Origin: Vicugna vicugna
Lineage: Eukaryota
Length of the DNA stretch: 64,000 bases
NCBI GenBank assembly: GCA_013265495.1
Contig: MU058257.1
Coordinates: forward strand, 1,629,262-1,693,261
Direction of reading: 5' to 3'
Positions within the stretch are counted from its first letter, which is position 1. Each line of letters starts with the position of its first letter. Positions 13,870 through 26,538 of this stretch are shown piece by piece. The translations under genes were made by a program, and so were the position numbers. A model generated the notes under the pieces. That model saw nothing but the letters and a program-made list of their open reading frames with translations, was not told where the DNA came from and searched no databases.

Positions 13870-13995
13870 CCCCCCACCAGCTCCTCACACACAGACGGAG
13901 CAGCCTTTTCTGCTTTGCTTCACGGAAAAGAAAACAGAGGCCCAGGAAGGTCCGTGCGACCAGAGTTGGGCTGTAAGTAAGTGCAGAATGAATCT
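13870..13995 (-). mobile_element. MIR SINE fragment
   Basis: cacggaaaagaaaacagaggcccagga is a MIR core in reverse orientation. Confidence 0.5.
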
Positions 13996-16900
13996 GGAGC
14001 TGGAAACAAACCCATCGGGCTTCAGAGCTGTCCTCTCCCTCCCAACCTCCCAGCCCCGGACCATCCGACGCACAACAGCACAGCCTGGGAACCTCCAGGC
14101 TGCGACCACCTGCAAGTCTTGGGGCAGAATTCTGCTCTTTCTGAATTTACCAAAGGTAATGACCTGCTTCACCAAAGCAGCGTAATTTTGATACCACGAC
14201 CGAGAAGTTTCTGAACACACACGAGGGTGATCGTGCCAATGACAGCATCACTCGGGCTCATCAGAAGAGCCCTGTAAAGGAATCACAGCTCTCCCAGATT
14301 CTGTCTCACACAGGGAACGGCAGGCGATGGAAGGCAAGCAGCCCAGTGACAGCGCAGAGACACCACACGCCCTCGGATGCCGCAGCCCTGGAGCTCGCCC
14401 CCTTCCTGTCTCTCTCGGTGTCTTCACTGATGGCATCACAGGCAGGCTGAACACGCCCAGAAAAAGGTGGTTTGTAAGGCCTTTGTGAATGTCTTCTGCA
14501 CACTCAACATTCATATTGCGTTGTCTGACTCTGAAATAAATTTGACTTTGAAAGAAACACCTATCATTCTTTCAAGTAAATACCTATGATTTAGAAAGGC
14601 ATCATATTTCTGGCCGTGGAGAAGGTCCAAAGCATGTGGGAAAGCAGTAAAAACCCACAATGAACTTGAAGAAGTCTTTAAGACCCTTTCCTCACTCAAG
14701 GAGAGCGAGCGGTCTTCCCAAGCGAGCATCTGGTGCACGCAGTCAGGCCAGAGCCAGCCAGAAGCCCGGAAGAGGAAGTGCGTCAGCCGTGCTGCAGGGG
14801 GGCTCTCCGACTCGGCCCCGTTTTTCAGTACTTCTCCTGACCCTGTGCTACGGTGATGGTGCTTTTAAACCCCCAGCAATAATGCGTCATGTAGAACCTC
14901 ACGTCTCTGGACAACGGCAGGGAGGTCTCCCAGACAGGTCTGCCCATAAAGACTAAATGCAACAGAGAGCACGCTGCGCACGTGTGAGAGCCACGGCACA
15001 GAGCGACATTCCCAAAGTTAACAACCAAAACCACGCAGCTGGAGTTCCATGTATCTTGTGACACAGTAAGGCTGCTCCACCACATACCATTCTAAATGAT
15101 CACATTCCTGGTGACTTTCTCTTCCCGCAGGTTGATCGGAGGTTTCCATAATTAGGATCACGCATATCAGCACCTTCACATTCCTTTCGCCCTTTGACTC
15201 AGGGATGCACTTTTTAAAACACGGTGAAGTAGACCAAGTATTTGGGTTCCTGAATTTCCCTTTATCCATTCCTTCAAGAAAAAAAAAGTCACCTGCAGTT
15301 TCTTCCACGAGGCACACCTGATGAGCTATGGCACGCAAACTACAGCCAAACCAACAGACACTAGCATGGCCATGCAGATTAGTGCAGTGTGCTACCTGCT
15401 CCCAAGAAGGGGGCCTAATGAGATAAACATTTAACAGTGCCATTTCCAACAAGATACCACGGAGACAAGGGCAAGACATTCACCTCGCTACGGAACAAGC
15501 AAGGAGACCGACACCACCAGAAGCCGCCTGTGGAGGATCACAGGCCATTGTCCCACAAGAGCCAAGAGCATTCTGTAAGAAGGTACCACTCCTTGGTCGC
15601 AGACGCTAATGAAGATGTTACACGTCATCCGGGAATCGCAGTGAAATTCACCTGTGACACTCTGCAGCTTCCATTTCAGAGCGGGGACTGAATTCTGTTG
15701 TCCCTCAGGGTGACACACTCTGTCACCAACTGAGCCTTCAGACTAATTAGATTTCCAATTTAACAGTTATGCTCGACAAATAGCCTTGAGTGTGTCAACC
15801 GCAGACCACAACCAACATATGCAAATGCTGTGGCCATAAGCTGGCTGCCACCCCGTCTCCAAGTGCCCCTCCCCATTTGTACCCATCCATGAGGTTACAA
15901 CGACACTACACAGTTGTTTAAGTGGTAATAAAAAAAGCAAGACTGCACAGTAAGACAGAGCAGAACAATTCTGAAACTGGCTGATCACACACAGACAGGT
16001 GAGCTCCAGACCGGAGGAGGTGGCATTTGTTGTGATTCTATCGTGAACACAGGCAGCTTTCCCTCAAAGAGATGACGGGGACACTGGGAAAGGAGCAGTC
16101 TGACCCTCAGAATCAAACGTAATGAAGTAGTAACCGATTATTACAGAGACATGGCGGGGAAACTATTACATCAATCTGTGACAACACCGACCCCTCAGCC
16201 ACTCTCTGAGCCCTCCTTTCTACCGTGGCTCATTAAAGGCTCATCTAAACAGAGCTACCATCTTACTGGACAAGCAAGTAAAACAACAGGAGAAGAATGT
16301 ATCTGGGCCAACAGTGTTTTATAACAGCAACACCACCAGCTACACCAGGAGAAAGCCAAGTCACTGCAGGAGGAGTACCTCGAGCTTGCAGCTGAGCTTT
16401 AACTGTTTCATATGCAAGATTAATTCCCTGCTTCGGCAGCATTTTAAGAATTAAGTGTATCCAGCCTGATGTGCAAAAACAAACAAACAAACAAAAAACC
16501 AAAGCTTAGGAAAGAACTCAAAATGCCATGAGCACACTAAAGGCCTGGCCATCTTTCCTACCGGCTAAGACACGACCCACAAAGAGCCAGGAGTCCTCCC
16601 CAGCACAGCACCAGGCCCCTGGACCCCTATCCCGCCTCAGCCCCCAGCCGCAGGGCCTGAGATGAGAGAGGCAGCAGGTCCTCCCCTACAGGTGCCCCCG
16701 CCCACCCTGCCACGCTGCCAACCCTCAAACACACATCTATTCCAGAGCAAGCAAGGTGTGGAAACAGGATTCAATAGCAAGGTGTTTGAATCTGTACACA
16801 TTCCGCTTCACTATCAGTATGTGGTACGTACTGATTCCAGGAACAGTGTTTGGAACAGTGCTGAGCATGGACGAATCCCAAGCGGGAGTCCCTGCTGCAA

Positions 16901-17758
16901 AAGTGACGCCTTCCACAAATGTCACTCTGGGTACTGGGGATCTAAGGTAAAGAATATACGTGTTATTAATCAAAGGTCCGGCCTCACACAGGAATTAGGG
17001 TGCAACGAGACCAAACAAAACCACACACACACGCAGTCTTGCAATGCCTGACTCTGAACTATGGTTACAAGACGCTACCAAGTCCACGGCCCCAACCACT
17101 GACTCGGGCCTCCATGAACAAGCAGGCGTGAGTGACACCTCCCCTCTGCCCACGAGCACCCGCTGCTGCAGCTTCACCTCCAAATCTACCGCACCCCCCT
17201 CCATGGACCTCAGAGAGGAAGAGCTGCAAGCCAACGGCTCAGCCCAGGAACAGCACCTCCATCCCCGGGGCGGGATCAAGGAGCAGGGTCACCGGGGGTG
17301 GGATCACTGGGGGCGGGGTCACACAGTGGGGCGGGACCACTAAGTCTCAGAGGGAAGAGCCCACCCCTGCCAGCTCTGGCTCCTGGACGTCTGCTCCCTT
17401 TGCTGAGTCCGTGAAGCGGAGCTGCGACGCTGGTGGGGAAGCCCCTCTAGGCTTCTTCCCCTCCTAGGTGGCCAGGGCCTGTTCCCTGACCTGAAAGCCT
17501 TCATAATTCCTCCCCGACCCTGCTGCTAGCGAGGGAAGCAGGGGTGGAGCTCGGCGTGGAGACTCGTACTGGACGAGGGCCCGGCGGGCGTCCCAGGCCC
17601 CGAAGGACAGCAGCCCAGGCTCATCCAGCAAGGCCCCCCAAAAGGTGGCCACGTTCACGGGCCCCTAGTCAGCCCATCACAGAGGCCACTGCTGAATACA
17701 CGACAAATGACTCATCGCTAAAGTCTCTTGCCAGTGAAACCTGGTGAGGTGTATTACG

Positions 17759-17782
<24 letters not shown>
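17759..17782. repeat. (TA)n microsatellite
   Basis: Direct reading: about 12 TA units. Confidence 0.95.
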
Positions 17783-17791
<9 letters not shown>

Positions 17792-19649
17792 ATATTTGGC
17801 AATCAGTAGTGGAAAATTTCCCATCCTAAAATAGAAATTTGAAGGACCACTTCCTCAGTTCTAAATTCTGCAAACTACGTTTAAAATTAAAAGCCCAAGA
17901 AAAGAAAACGGCTCTGGCTCCACTGAACCCACCGGTGCTCAGAAGCCGTTAAGCAGGAAACCTCTCGGCTCAGGTCAGACCTAGAGACAGCGCGATGAAG
18001 GGGAGAAGTCGCCATCCCCAGCGCTTACAGACAAGATCATGCTTCCAGCCGAAGAACCAGCCTTGTTTCCAAGGCAACTTGCCACTTGCACAGGGGACTC
18101 ACTTGGGAGTTCGTAATCCCTTAACTGCTGACTTCACAATTTGAACCAGACTCCCACTGACATCTTAGCTTCCATCTAAAAGCATCATCAGAAAAAAAGA
18201 GAGAGTTTAACTGCTTTCAAAGCAGACGGGCGTTCAGAAGATGCTACTGCATTGACCTGGGGGAGTGGGAGGCGACCCAGGAGGAAAAAGCGTCTGAGGA
18301 AAGCAGAAGAACCAGGAGTTCCCGCTTCACGGCGATTTGTCTCCACTGAAGACGCACCAAACCCACCACCTCCACTCACTCCAAGTTCTGAAGGAAAGCC
18401 GAGCCTGCTCTGACACATAAAAGAAAGTCACTCTTCCTGCCCCCAGCCACAAGACGGGATTAGCCGAAGATCAGAGTTCAACAAATTCGTTTTGTAAAAT
18501 ATAATGCTCACATTACATTACAAAATGCCTTTCAGTTTAATTTACGTGCAAAAAGAAAAAGTGCGATTTTTAAATATCCACCCAGAGGCAGAGATGAAAA
18601 ACTTCAAACGTCTTCTGACTCCTTTCTGCTACGCTCATTATTTCACCTCCCACAAAGGAGCGGGAACCTGTCCTTGACATTATCAGGAATTATCTTCAGT
18701 ACGTAACACAATGCTGGTTAAATTAGGCTCGTTTTAATCAGCTGGCAGGTTTATTCAAAAAGTAACTAAATAATAAAATTCTTTATAACAACTCTTCATT
18801 AGTACAACCTGCTTAGCAATGTTTTTCTTAAAAAGTGAATGCAGAATAAATACTAATTATGTGTCAATCCTTTCTCCCCATATTTGACAGATTAAAGAAA
18901 TATCTTAGAAGTTAAATGTTTCCCCCAATCCACAAATCCCTTTGTACTAAAATTTCACGCAAATCTTTTGAAATCCAGTGCCACCTAATGGATTCAACCA
19001 AGCACAAAGAGTTTGGAAGCCGTAATTTTTAGGAGAACATAATCTGAAGAAGGCCGACATCTCTGCTTCCCCTCCGTTCTCGTCTCACAGAAAGCCTCCC
19101 CAGCTGACCTGGAACAGTGGGGGTCGAGTCAAGGTCACCCGTCAGGTGCAGCGCCGTCCACCATGTCACTAGGGGACGTTCCCAAGGATGGCTCGGAGAG
19201 CAGCCCCCAGTGTGGACCCTGGGCGGCCGCCCCCCGCCTCCCAGGTCTCAGCCCTGCCCCTGCCCGGGGCCTGTGCTCGGGGGAGCTCCCGCAGCCCACA
19301 AGTCCTTGCTCAGGTCAGCTGCTGTTATGTGAGAGAGCGTCAAGAGATTGAGGTACCACCAGAGGAGGAGGTGGACTCAGTTAAGCCGTGTGAACCTTGT
19401 CCTGAAGCCCCGGGGCAGCCCTGGACGCACATCAGTGTCATCTGCACTGGTTCTGCAGGAGGTTCTGAGTTTGGAAACAGGACGGGAGGGCAAACCCTCG
19501 CAGCTCCTCAGTTCAACAAGGAAGAAGTCAGGTGGGCCTAGGCTCGTGGGACGGCAATGGAGGCAAAGGATAACTAGGACAAATAATTCATAAAATGCAG
19601 AAGTGAGACTTACTTAAAAGGCTTTGGGCACAGGATCTCCCCAGACAAC

Positions 19650-19835
19650 TCGGGGAGCAGTGGCGGGAGCGGGGGCGGTGGGGTCCTTGCCCTGCACACC
19701 CTCATTCTCTCTGGTGGTGTCCTCAGGGCGCCAAGGGGTGCAGACACACTGCTTTTACATTTAATGCTTTTGCAAGTAGCTACACCACAACATTTGCTAA
19801 TGTACTGCAATCATGCTCAAAATAAAATAAATTAA
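19650..19835 (+). mobile_element. Old L1M 3' terminal fragment
   Basis: A G-rich stretch, then ...gctacaccacaacatttgctaatgtactgcaatcatgctcaaaataaaataa, resembling L1ME termini. Confidence 0.4.
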
Positions 19836-19974
19836 TTAAAGGCTTTGGTGCTTAGGGGGTGGGTGGCACTATGGAGGAGAGAGATGCATCTGAGCTGCCA
19901 TCAGGTCTGTGGTTCGGGGGCAGGCCGGGGGCAAGTCCAAGGACAGTGAAGTCTGAGGAGGAGGGTGGGGATCA

Positions 19975-20110
19975 GGGGATACAACTCAGCAGTAGGGCAC
20001 ATGCTTAGCATGAACCGGGCCCTGGGTTCAATCCCTAGCATTAGTAAGTTAAAGTAAGTGTTTTAAAAAAAACACTTAAAGTTAAAGTAAGTGTTTTAAA
20101 AAAAAAAAAG
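19975..20110 (+). mobile_element. tRNA-derived SINE (camelid Vic-1 type) with rearranged A-rich tail
   Basis: ggggatacaactcagcagtagggcacatgcttagcatgaaccgggccctgggttcaatccctagca has a Pol III A-box-like element and a B box (GGTTCAATCCC) in a tRNA-Ala-like body, followed by an A-rich tail. Confidence 0.8.
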
Positions 20111-23100
20111 AAGAAGTTTGGGACCAAAGATTATATACTCAGTTTGAGCAGAACCAGATCCGGCATCCAATGCCCAGGAGACACCTGGAGACGGGGTCGC
20201 GGCGGGAGGGGCACTCTCAGGACTAAAGACACGGATCTGACGGTGCCGCAGCGGGCGAAGCCACGAGCTTAGGCAGGGACCAAGGCTGAATGCGGGGCAC
20301 ATATGGGAAGCAGAACCAACCCCATGTAAGGTTGAGACTGCAGGTTTCTCTCCCCTTCCTCCAATCTCCCTTGGGAATAAATTTGAGAGCTGACTATACA
20401 ATGATTGTATAGTAAACGCCTGGAAATGTTTCACAAAAACCTGGAAAGGGAGAGGATCACGGCACAGAGGGAAGCAGTGTTTAAACAGCACAGGGAGGCA
20501 TGTGAGCAATTTCTCAAGAAGGTCCCTTCAATACGCATTTTCAACAAGTGGGACCTGAAGTTATTTCAGCACCAGGGTTAAAATAATTCCAATAATAAGG
20601 GATGAATATGAAAAGAATAAGAAAAAGCTTAATTTTTAGTTCATTAATGTGTAAAATATATATACTCCAATATCTGTTCAAATAACACTGAGTAAATAAA
20701 TTTGTCTTCACAACGTGCTTGTCTCAACAGATGAGGACACTGCCAACGGCCCTTGGTTTTCTTGTGAAAGGGTCTGTTTCTTTCATCTCTGAGTCCTACC
20801 CTGCTCCTGCCCAAAAGGTGCCCCAATAAATACATGAAGAGTTAATACCACTTCTCACATCTAATTTGCAGTCCCTTTGAAAAGGGTAGGCAAGCTGACA
20901 AAAGCAGCTCATCCCCTCCAAGGCCTCTGGGCATCACTCACCTCCGCCCTTCGCTCACACACCTGGAAGACCACGCTCCCTTCACAGCCCACGAGGAGAC
21001 CACCACGGCACCTACCGTGGTTCCAGGATCCCGGCACCGGTTACCCACGTCATCGTCCCACTGTCTGGCACTCTAACACCCACACCTTGTCACTCCCTGA
21101 AGCCGAAGCTGAGTACATTTGACATAGGCTGAGCATAGAATCTCGAGAAAGCAGAGACTGATGCCACCAAAGTGCCAGTGGATGCCCCTGCAGGCCCTCC
21201 CACCACCAGCCCAGGGGGCCCGCCTTTCCTGCAGGAAGTGGCACAACTTTCACAACTGATTATACAACGCTTCCCCAGCTTCTGAGGCTCCAGTTCATCC
21301 CTGCTTCACTTTATTTATTCATTGCTCATACCATGTGCCTATCACGTGCCAAGCAACGTGCAGAGCACAGGTTAAGGACCACTTTGCTAATTTTAACAAA
21401 GGTACGAATGAACCCGCTCCATAGAAAAAAGTGCACAGAGGCACTGAATTCTGGATACAGTTTCAGCAGATTCACAGACCTCCCCTCCAAGACAAAGAAT
21501 CAAGAACACACTTTCTAATGTTCATTAACTGTCAGTACACACTTCCTACCTTCCATCACAGCACTGGCAACCACCGCATCCTGCGTTACCCAAACATAAA
21601 CCTCTTCTGAACAAACTCAAATCCTCTTTACCTTCACCTTGAAGTGTCCCTGCTACTGTTTCTGCTCCCTCTTCCCATTTTGCTACAGAAATGTGCAAAT
21701 TAAACCCGGGAGTAAGGAACCACTTTGCGTGGATCAGAGAGAATCGTCGACAGGACCCCTGACCCCCACAGCCGTGAAACGTGGCGATGGTGCCAGGAGC
21801 AGCGAAGTCCTCAAGGGACGCTGACGGCAGCAGCGAGCACATCTCACCTCAGACACGCCGGGGACACAGCCGCACCCACCGCACACCCAGGGCCACACAC
21901 AGAGGACCCAGCTGGGCTGCTGACCAGCCATGGTCCACCCGCGCCGGGAAGCAGCCCAGCTGCCCACATGCCCTCGAAGCCAGCGGGTTTGCCCCGGATT
22001 CTTGCAGGACGCTGCCCGGCACGCAGCCTCGGCCCAGCCAGACGCAGGCGGGCCAGCCAACATCCTCGCGGGGAACTTGCTGTATAGACACGACCCCCCC
22101 GAGGGCGGCCCTCCTGCTGAGCGCGGCCTCCCCCGAACTTGTCCCCCGACACGAAGAACAAGGCTGCCCTGTGCCACCTCCGGGGACGCAGCTCCAAAAC
22201 CACTGGGCAGCTGTCCCCAGATGCCAGCGAGGCTGCACTTTAGGGCCCACAGCCACGGGGCCGCCCCGGAGGGTGGTCACTCAGAGGGCAGCTCCTCGGT
22301 GTTAACATGGGGGGCGGTGCAGACAGATGTCCTCACAGGGAAGTAAACACAAAGAGGGGAACAAACCAGGGCACCGAGGCCAGCCCCGGAGGGTGGGCAG
22401 TCGTTGGGAGTCCAGGAGACACTGGTCCAATCCAAACTCCACCACCGACGACCTGCCGGGTGGTGCTGGGCGAGTCACCTTCCCTCTGGGTCTCAGCCTC
22501 CCGTCACCTACTAACTGTGAAGTTGTCAGAAACTTGGCCTGCTCACGGTCCAGCACAGCACAGCCCAGCCCGGCGGCTGTGGGCCCAAGCCCCTCACCAG
22601 CAGCGTCATCTCTGAGACCACGGAAGGTGCTGGCAATGCCTCAGCAACCCAGAAGCAGGGAGCTGCTCAGACAATAAAGTCACTCTCGTGCCCACGAGAC
22701 CCCCAGACTTCACGGTCTGCCTGAAAACAGCACGGAGCAAACGTGGGACAGGCCACGGCGGGACACTTAAAACCACTCCGACCTCCTGACGCACCAGCCT
22801 CAGGGGAAGGGACATCCAAGCTCGCAAAATGGTCACATGAGTGTTTACTGAAAACACAAATCTGATTAGACAATTAACATCAAAGTGCCAGAAGTAAACG
22901 CAAACTTCATGTAAACAAACCATTAGTAGGCTGTTGCTTTTTCTTTGGAAAAAGCACATTATTTATAAATTGCTGTCACCTAAACACTGGCCTGATTCAG
23001 TTCCTGTCAGACAGGAAACACACTCAGGCAAGTGGGAGATTACGAGGGGGAAAGTCACTTCACCAATGGTGACGTTTCCAAGTGTAACAAACGAATGAAG

Positions 23101-24879
23101 CAGAATATCTCACGGCAAGACTGTCAATCTTTATACCTGATACCTTCACCAAGAAAGTAAGGCTGAATTAAACTCCCACATAATGTGATTAAAATATGTT
23201 AGGTTCACTCATTAGCTTCCCCTCATGAAACAGTATTAACAGAAAACCCCTGAAACTGGTGATTCAGAGTTCCTGGTGTCCAACACTCCCAGGCAGTCAG
23301 GGGTCCCAGCGCCCAGCCTGCAGGGCATCCAGGAGGGCTGACTGGCTGCTGTTCCCGAACGTGGCCTCACTTCTGGATGCTCCCCCCAGGTGGAGACCCC
23401 CCGACACAACAGGTGTGCAAAGCAAAGGGCCTGCTGACCAATGAGGCTCTAACCGAAGCCATTCCGGTCACAGGACGTGAAAGAAAAGCAGCTTTGTGAA
23501 GACAGAACACCAATATTCCAAGTGCTCTGGGACGCGCGTCCACCTGCAACCTGCTGCTCAGAGGGAGATGTCGGCTTGACCCTGTGTCTTGGACCACGCG
23601 CTCCGGGGCTGGACTCCAGATGTGCTGGCCCCTGTTATCGTCAGTGCTTGCAGGGAACACCAAATTCAGGGAGAAAGTTGTGTAGAAGAAGGGAGAATCA
23701 GATCTCCTGGGGTGAAGCCCCTGGAAGGTGGGGCCAAGAAGCAGGGCAGAAAGAATGAAGCCCAGGAAAAGGCTTGCAGGGGAAGGGAGCCCAGGGCAGG
23801 GGGCCTCCAGGGAAGAAGAGTCAGTGGCCAGGGGGGCCCACTGCAGGGCGGCTCAGAGCCCCGCAGCAGAGCTGCCAGGGTTCCATCCTCTCACACTGAG
23901 AAAGCAGACACGCAGGTTCTCCCAGACCTGGACGTGCACACGAGTGACAGCTTCACAAGGCCTCACCCACAGTCCCAAAGCCGAAGGGCTCCGGAAACAA
24001 ACGTGATGTTCCTAAGTTCCTGAGAAGCACGTTTGCTGGCAAAACCTCACCTGAACCGATGCAAAATTACTTATGACGTGCATTTCCTCACACTGGTGAC
24101 TATCCACATGTTTTGCTGCAGAGAGAGCGATGTCTTGATTACAGAGTTTTGCCTCCAGCGTCACAGGAGAGGTTACATATTATGACAGAGCTCCCCTATC
24201 CCCTTCCTAAAATCGGGAAAAATCTGGATTCTAACATCTGGCCATTGGGATTTCAGGCAAGGTACTGTGGTGCCCCCAGTGGTGTGCTGATCGCTACATG
24301 TTCAGGAATTTTGCAGACCCATTGTTAACATAGTCATTATGAAAATTCAACTATGCAAACTTACAGTTAAATAAATTACATTAAAATCAAAGGGGTAACA
24401 TATAAATGAAAAGGCACCCCTTCCGAACTACATAACTGCGCTTTCCTGCTCCACGTGGTCTGATGACACCTGGGGCCGGCATGTCCACAGGGTGAATATA
24501 TATGTAAGGGTACACACGGTGTGCTTCCAGTCCCACACTCACTGCCGTCACACTGGTCCCTAAGACGGGTTGAGGGGGGTTCATGCCACAGAAACCAGCA
24601 GACGCCACAAATCAGTGGGTTGTCGGGTACTTACAAGCAGATCAGAGCTCTAGGTTCTCCTGACACTAGGAAGACAAGGATGACCAGGACCACCTCTGGA
24701 CTGTGGAGGTCAGAAGGGGCTTCATGCACAAGAGACAGTGAAGAGGGAGACTCAGGAATCAGGTCGTCAGAGCAGAAGCCCCAGGACCCCCTCCCCAGGG
24801 CTGTGTTGGCCATTGGAGGACAAGCCCGCAGGCACCTCCTTCCTGTCTGCCCCCCCCCGCGCCCCGTTCTCAATGCTCC

Positions 24880-24968
24880 CAACAGCCAGCTTGCGTGGGG
24901 GAGGGGAGTGCCTCCACCAGCGCCTCACATACAGTGGGGATACAGCAAGTATTCACTGAGCAAGGAGC
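24880..24968 (+). mobile_element. L2 3' end fragment
   Basis: ccagcgcctcacatacagtggggatacagcaagtattcactgagcaagga resembles the L2 terminus. Confidence 0.4.
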
Positions 24969-26324
24969 AAGGAGCAGTCCTACAAAGGACCTCGTGGCTC
25001 AGAGCACACCGTGCTTCAAACCCCACAGGGAAGAAAAATCGTCCAACAGACCATTAACTGAGCCTCTTTAGCAGGAGACTCCGAGCGTGAGGGAAAAAGT
25101 GGGTCCTCCACTAAACTCATAAGGACAGAAGTATACACTACGTCCTTCATTTTCTGGTTTAAATAAGTTTTTTTGCTTGAGTCTGAAATCTAACTATGAC
25201 CTGAAATATTGTTTCTATGGAAAAAATTACAGAGTTCCAAATAACTGATTTTAAAATGAGGTTTTACAACACAAAGCCATTCCCAAATTGGAGGTGTAAG
25301 CCTAAACACAGTCACCATGGCAACGTTCTCTCAAGCTCCCAGAGCTTTAATTTGAGATACAGGTAAAATTTTAAAGGGAAAAAAAGAAAACAACATTCAA
25401 AAAAAATTAAACAATCAACACATTCCATTACGACATATTCAAAATAATACAGAAAATGCAGAAGCTGATTTTTCAGGAGATACGGTTCATGTTTCTTTTC
25501 TAATCTTAACACATTGCTTATCAGGCCCTTGAAGATTTCTTATTTGTTGCCTAAGAGAACCTTCATCCTGCATGTGACCGTGCATAATTTGGTATTTCAC
25601 ACACGGTATTTGCATAAGAAACACAAATGCAAAGAGAAGGGAAGGACTTCCAAGGCGTAAGCACCTGACAGTGTAAACGCTTCCTTTAGAGAAATGGAGA
25701 CCTCAGTCTTCTAACCTGCAGCACGAGCCTCAGAAAGCCTTCTGCCCCGAGATCTAATTTGTGCTCCCGAAGGGATGACAACACTCTCGTCCTACGAAGC
25801 CTCCATGGATGATTTCCGGCCTCACTGGCAGCCTGCGGTTGGAATCTTGTGGAAACCCCGCACGGCCCCGGACAGCACACCCTCTCAGGTGGACGGCATA
25901 ACCTCTGAGTCCTGAACCGAGGAGCCAGGAGACTGGACCAGGACAGGCAGCCTCGTGTGTCGGGAGTCGGATTTCAGTGGGGCGGGGAGGGGATGCCACA
26001 CGGCGGCCCTGCTGCCCCAGGACCCTCTCTGCACGTGGCCTAGACCAGATGCCCAACAGAGACCACCCCTCAGGCCGGTGTGCCTCACTACCAGAAAACC
26101 CGCAGTAAGTCGTTATCCCATGTACGGTTTTAGGTGAATGCTGCAGGGACCCACCCAACCAGAAAAACACCCTTACAATAATTTTTAAGTAAAATGGTAT
26201 GCAATGAACAAAACGGAACAAAACAGTAGAAAGTATCAATGAACACTTCAGGCAGTGAGGCTGTTTGTTGTGGGGGGTGTACACAGACACACGCATTTAC
26301 AGTATTTGTTCCCTGGGCCACCCA

Positions 26325-26538
26325 GTCAAACGCACCTCTGACCACAGTGTATTTGTGCCGGGGACAGTGGCCACGTCTGGAGACACTTTTGGGTGTCACA
26401 TCTGGGGGAGGGCACTACTGACCTCAGGTCGGTACAGGTCACAGAAAACCACTAAACAGCCTGCAACGTACAGGACAGCCCCACACAGCAAACAATCCAG
26501 CTCCAAACGTCACTGTTCCAACCCTGAAGAAAAGCCTG
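26325..26538. mobile_element. MER20 hAT-Charlie DNA transposon
   Basis: ggggacagtggccacgtctggagacacttttgggtgtcaca...ctaaacagcctgcaacgtacaggacagccccacac matches the recalled MER20 consensus. Confidence 0.85.

Noticed and set aside
16430..16441. gcttcggcagca, identical to part of the U6 snRNA 5' end
   Set aside because: Only 12 nt; the similarity does not extend, so it is a chance match.
19975..20040. Functional tRNA gene
   Set aside because: Stems are degenerate and it is followed by an A-rich tail; better explained as a tRNA-derived SINE.
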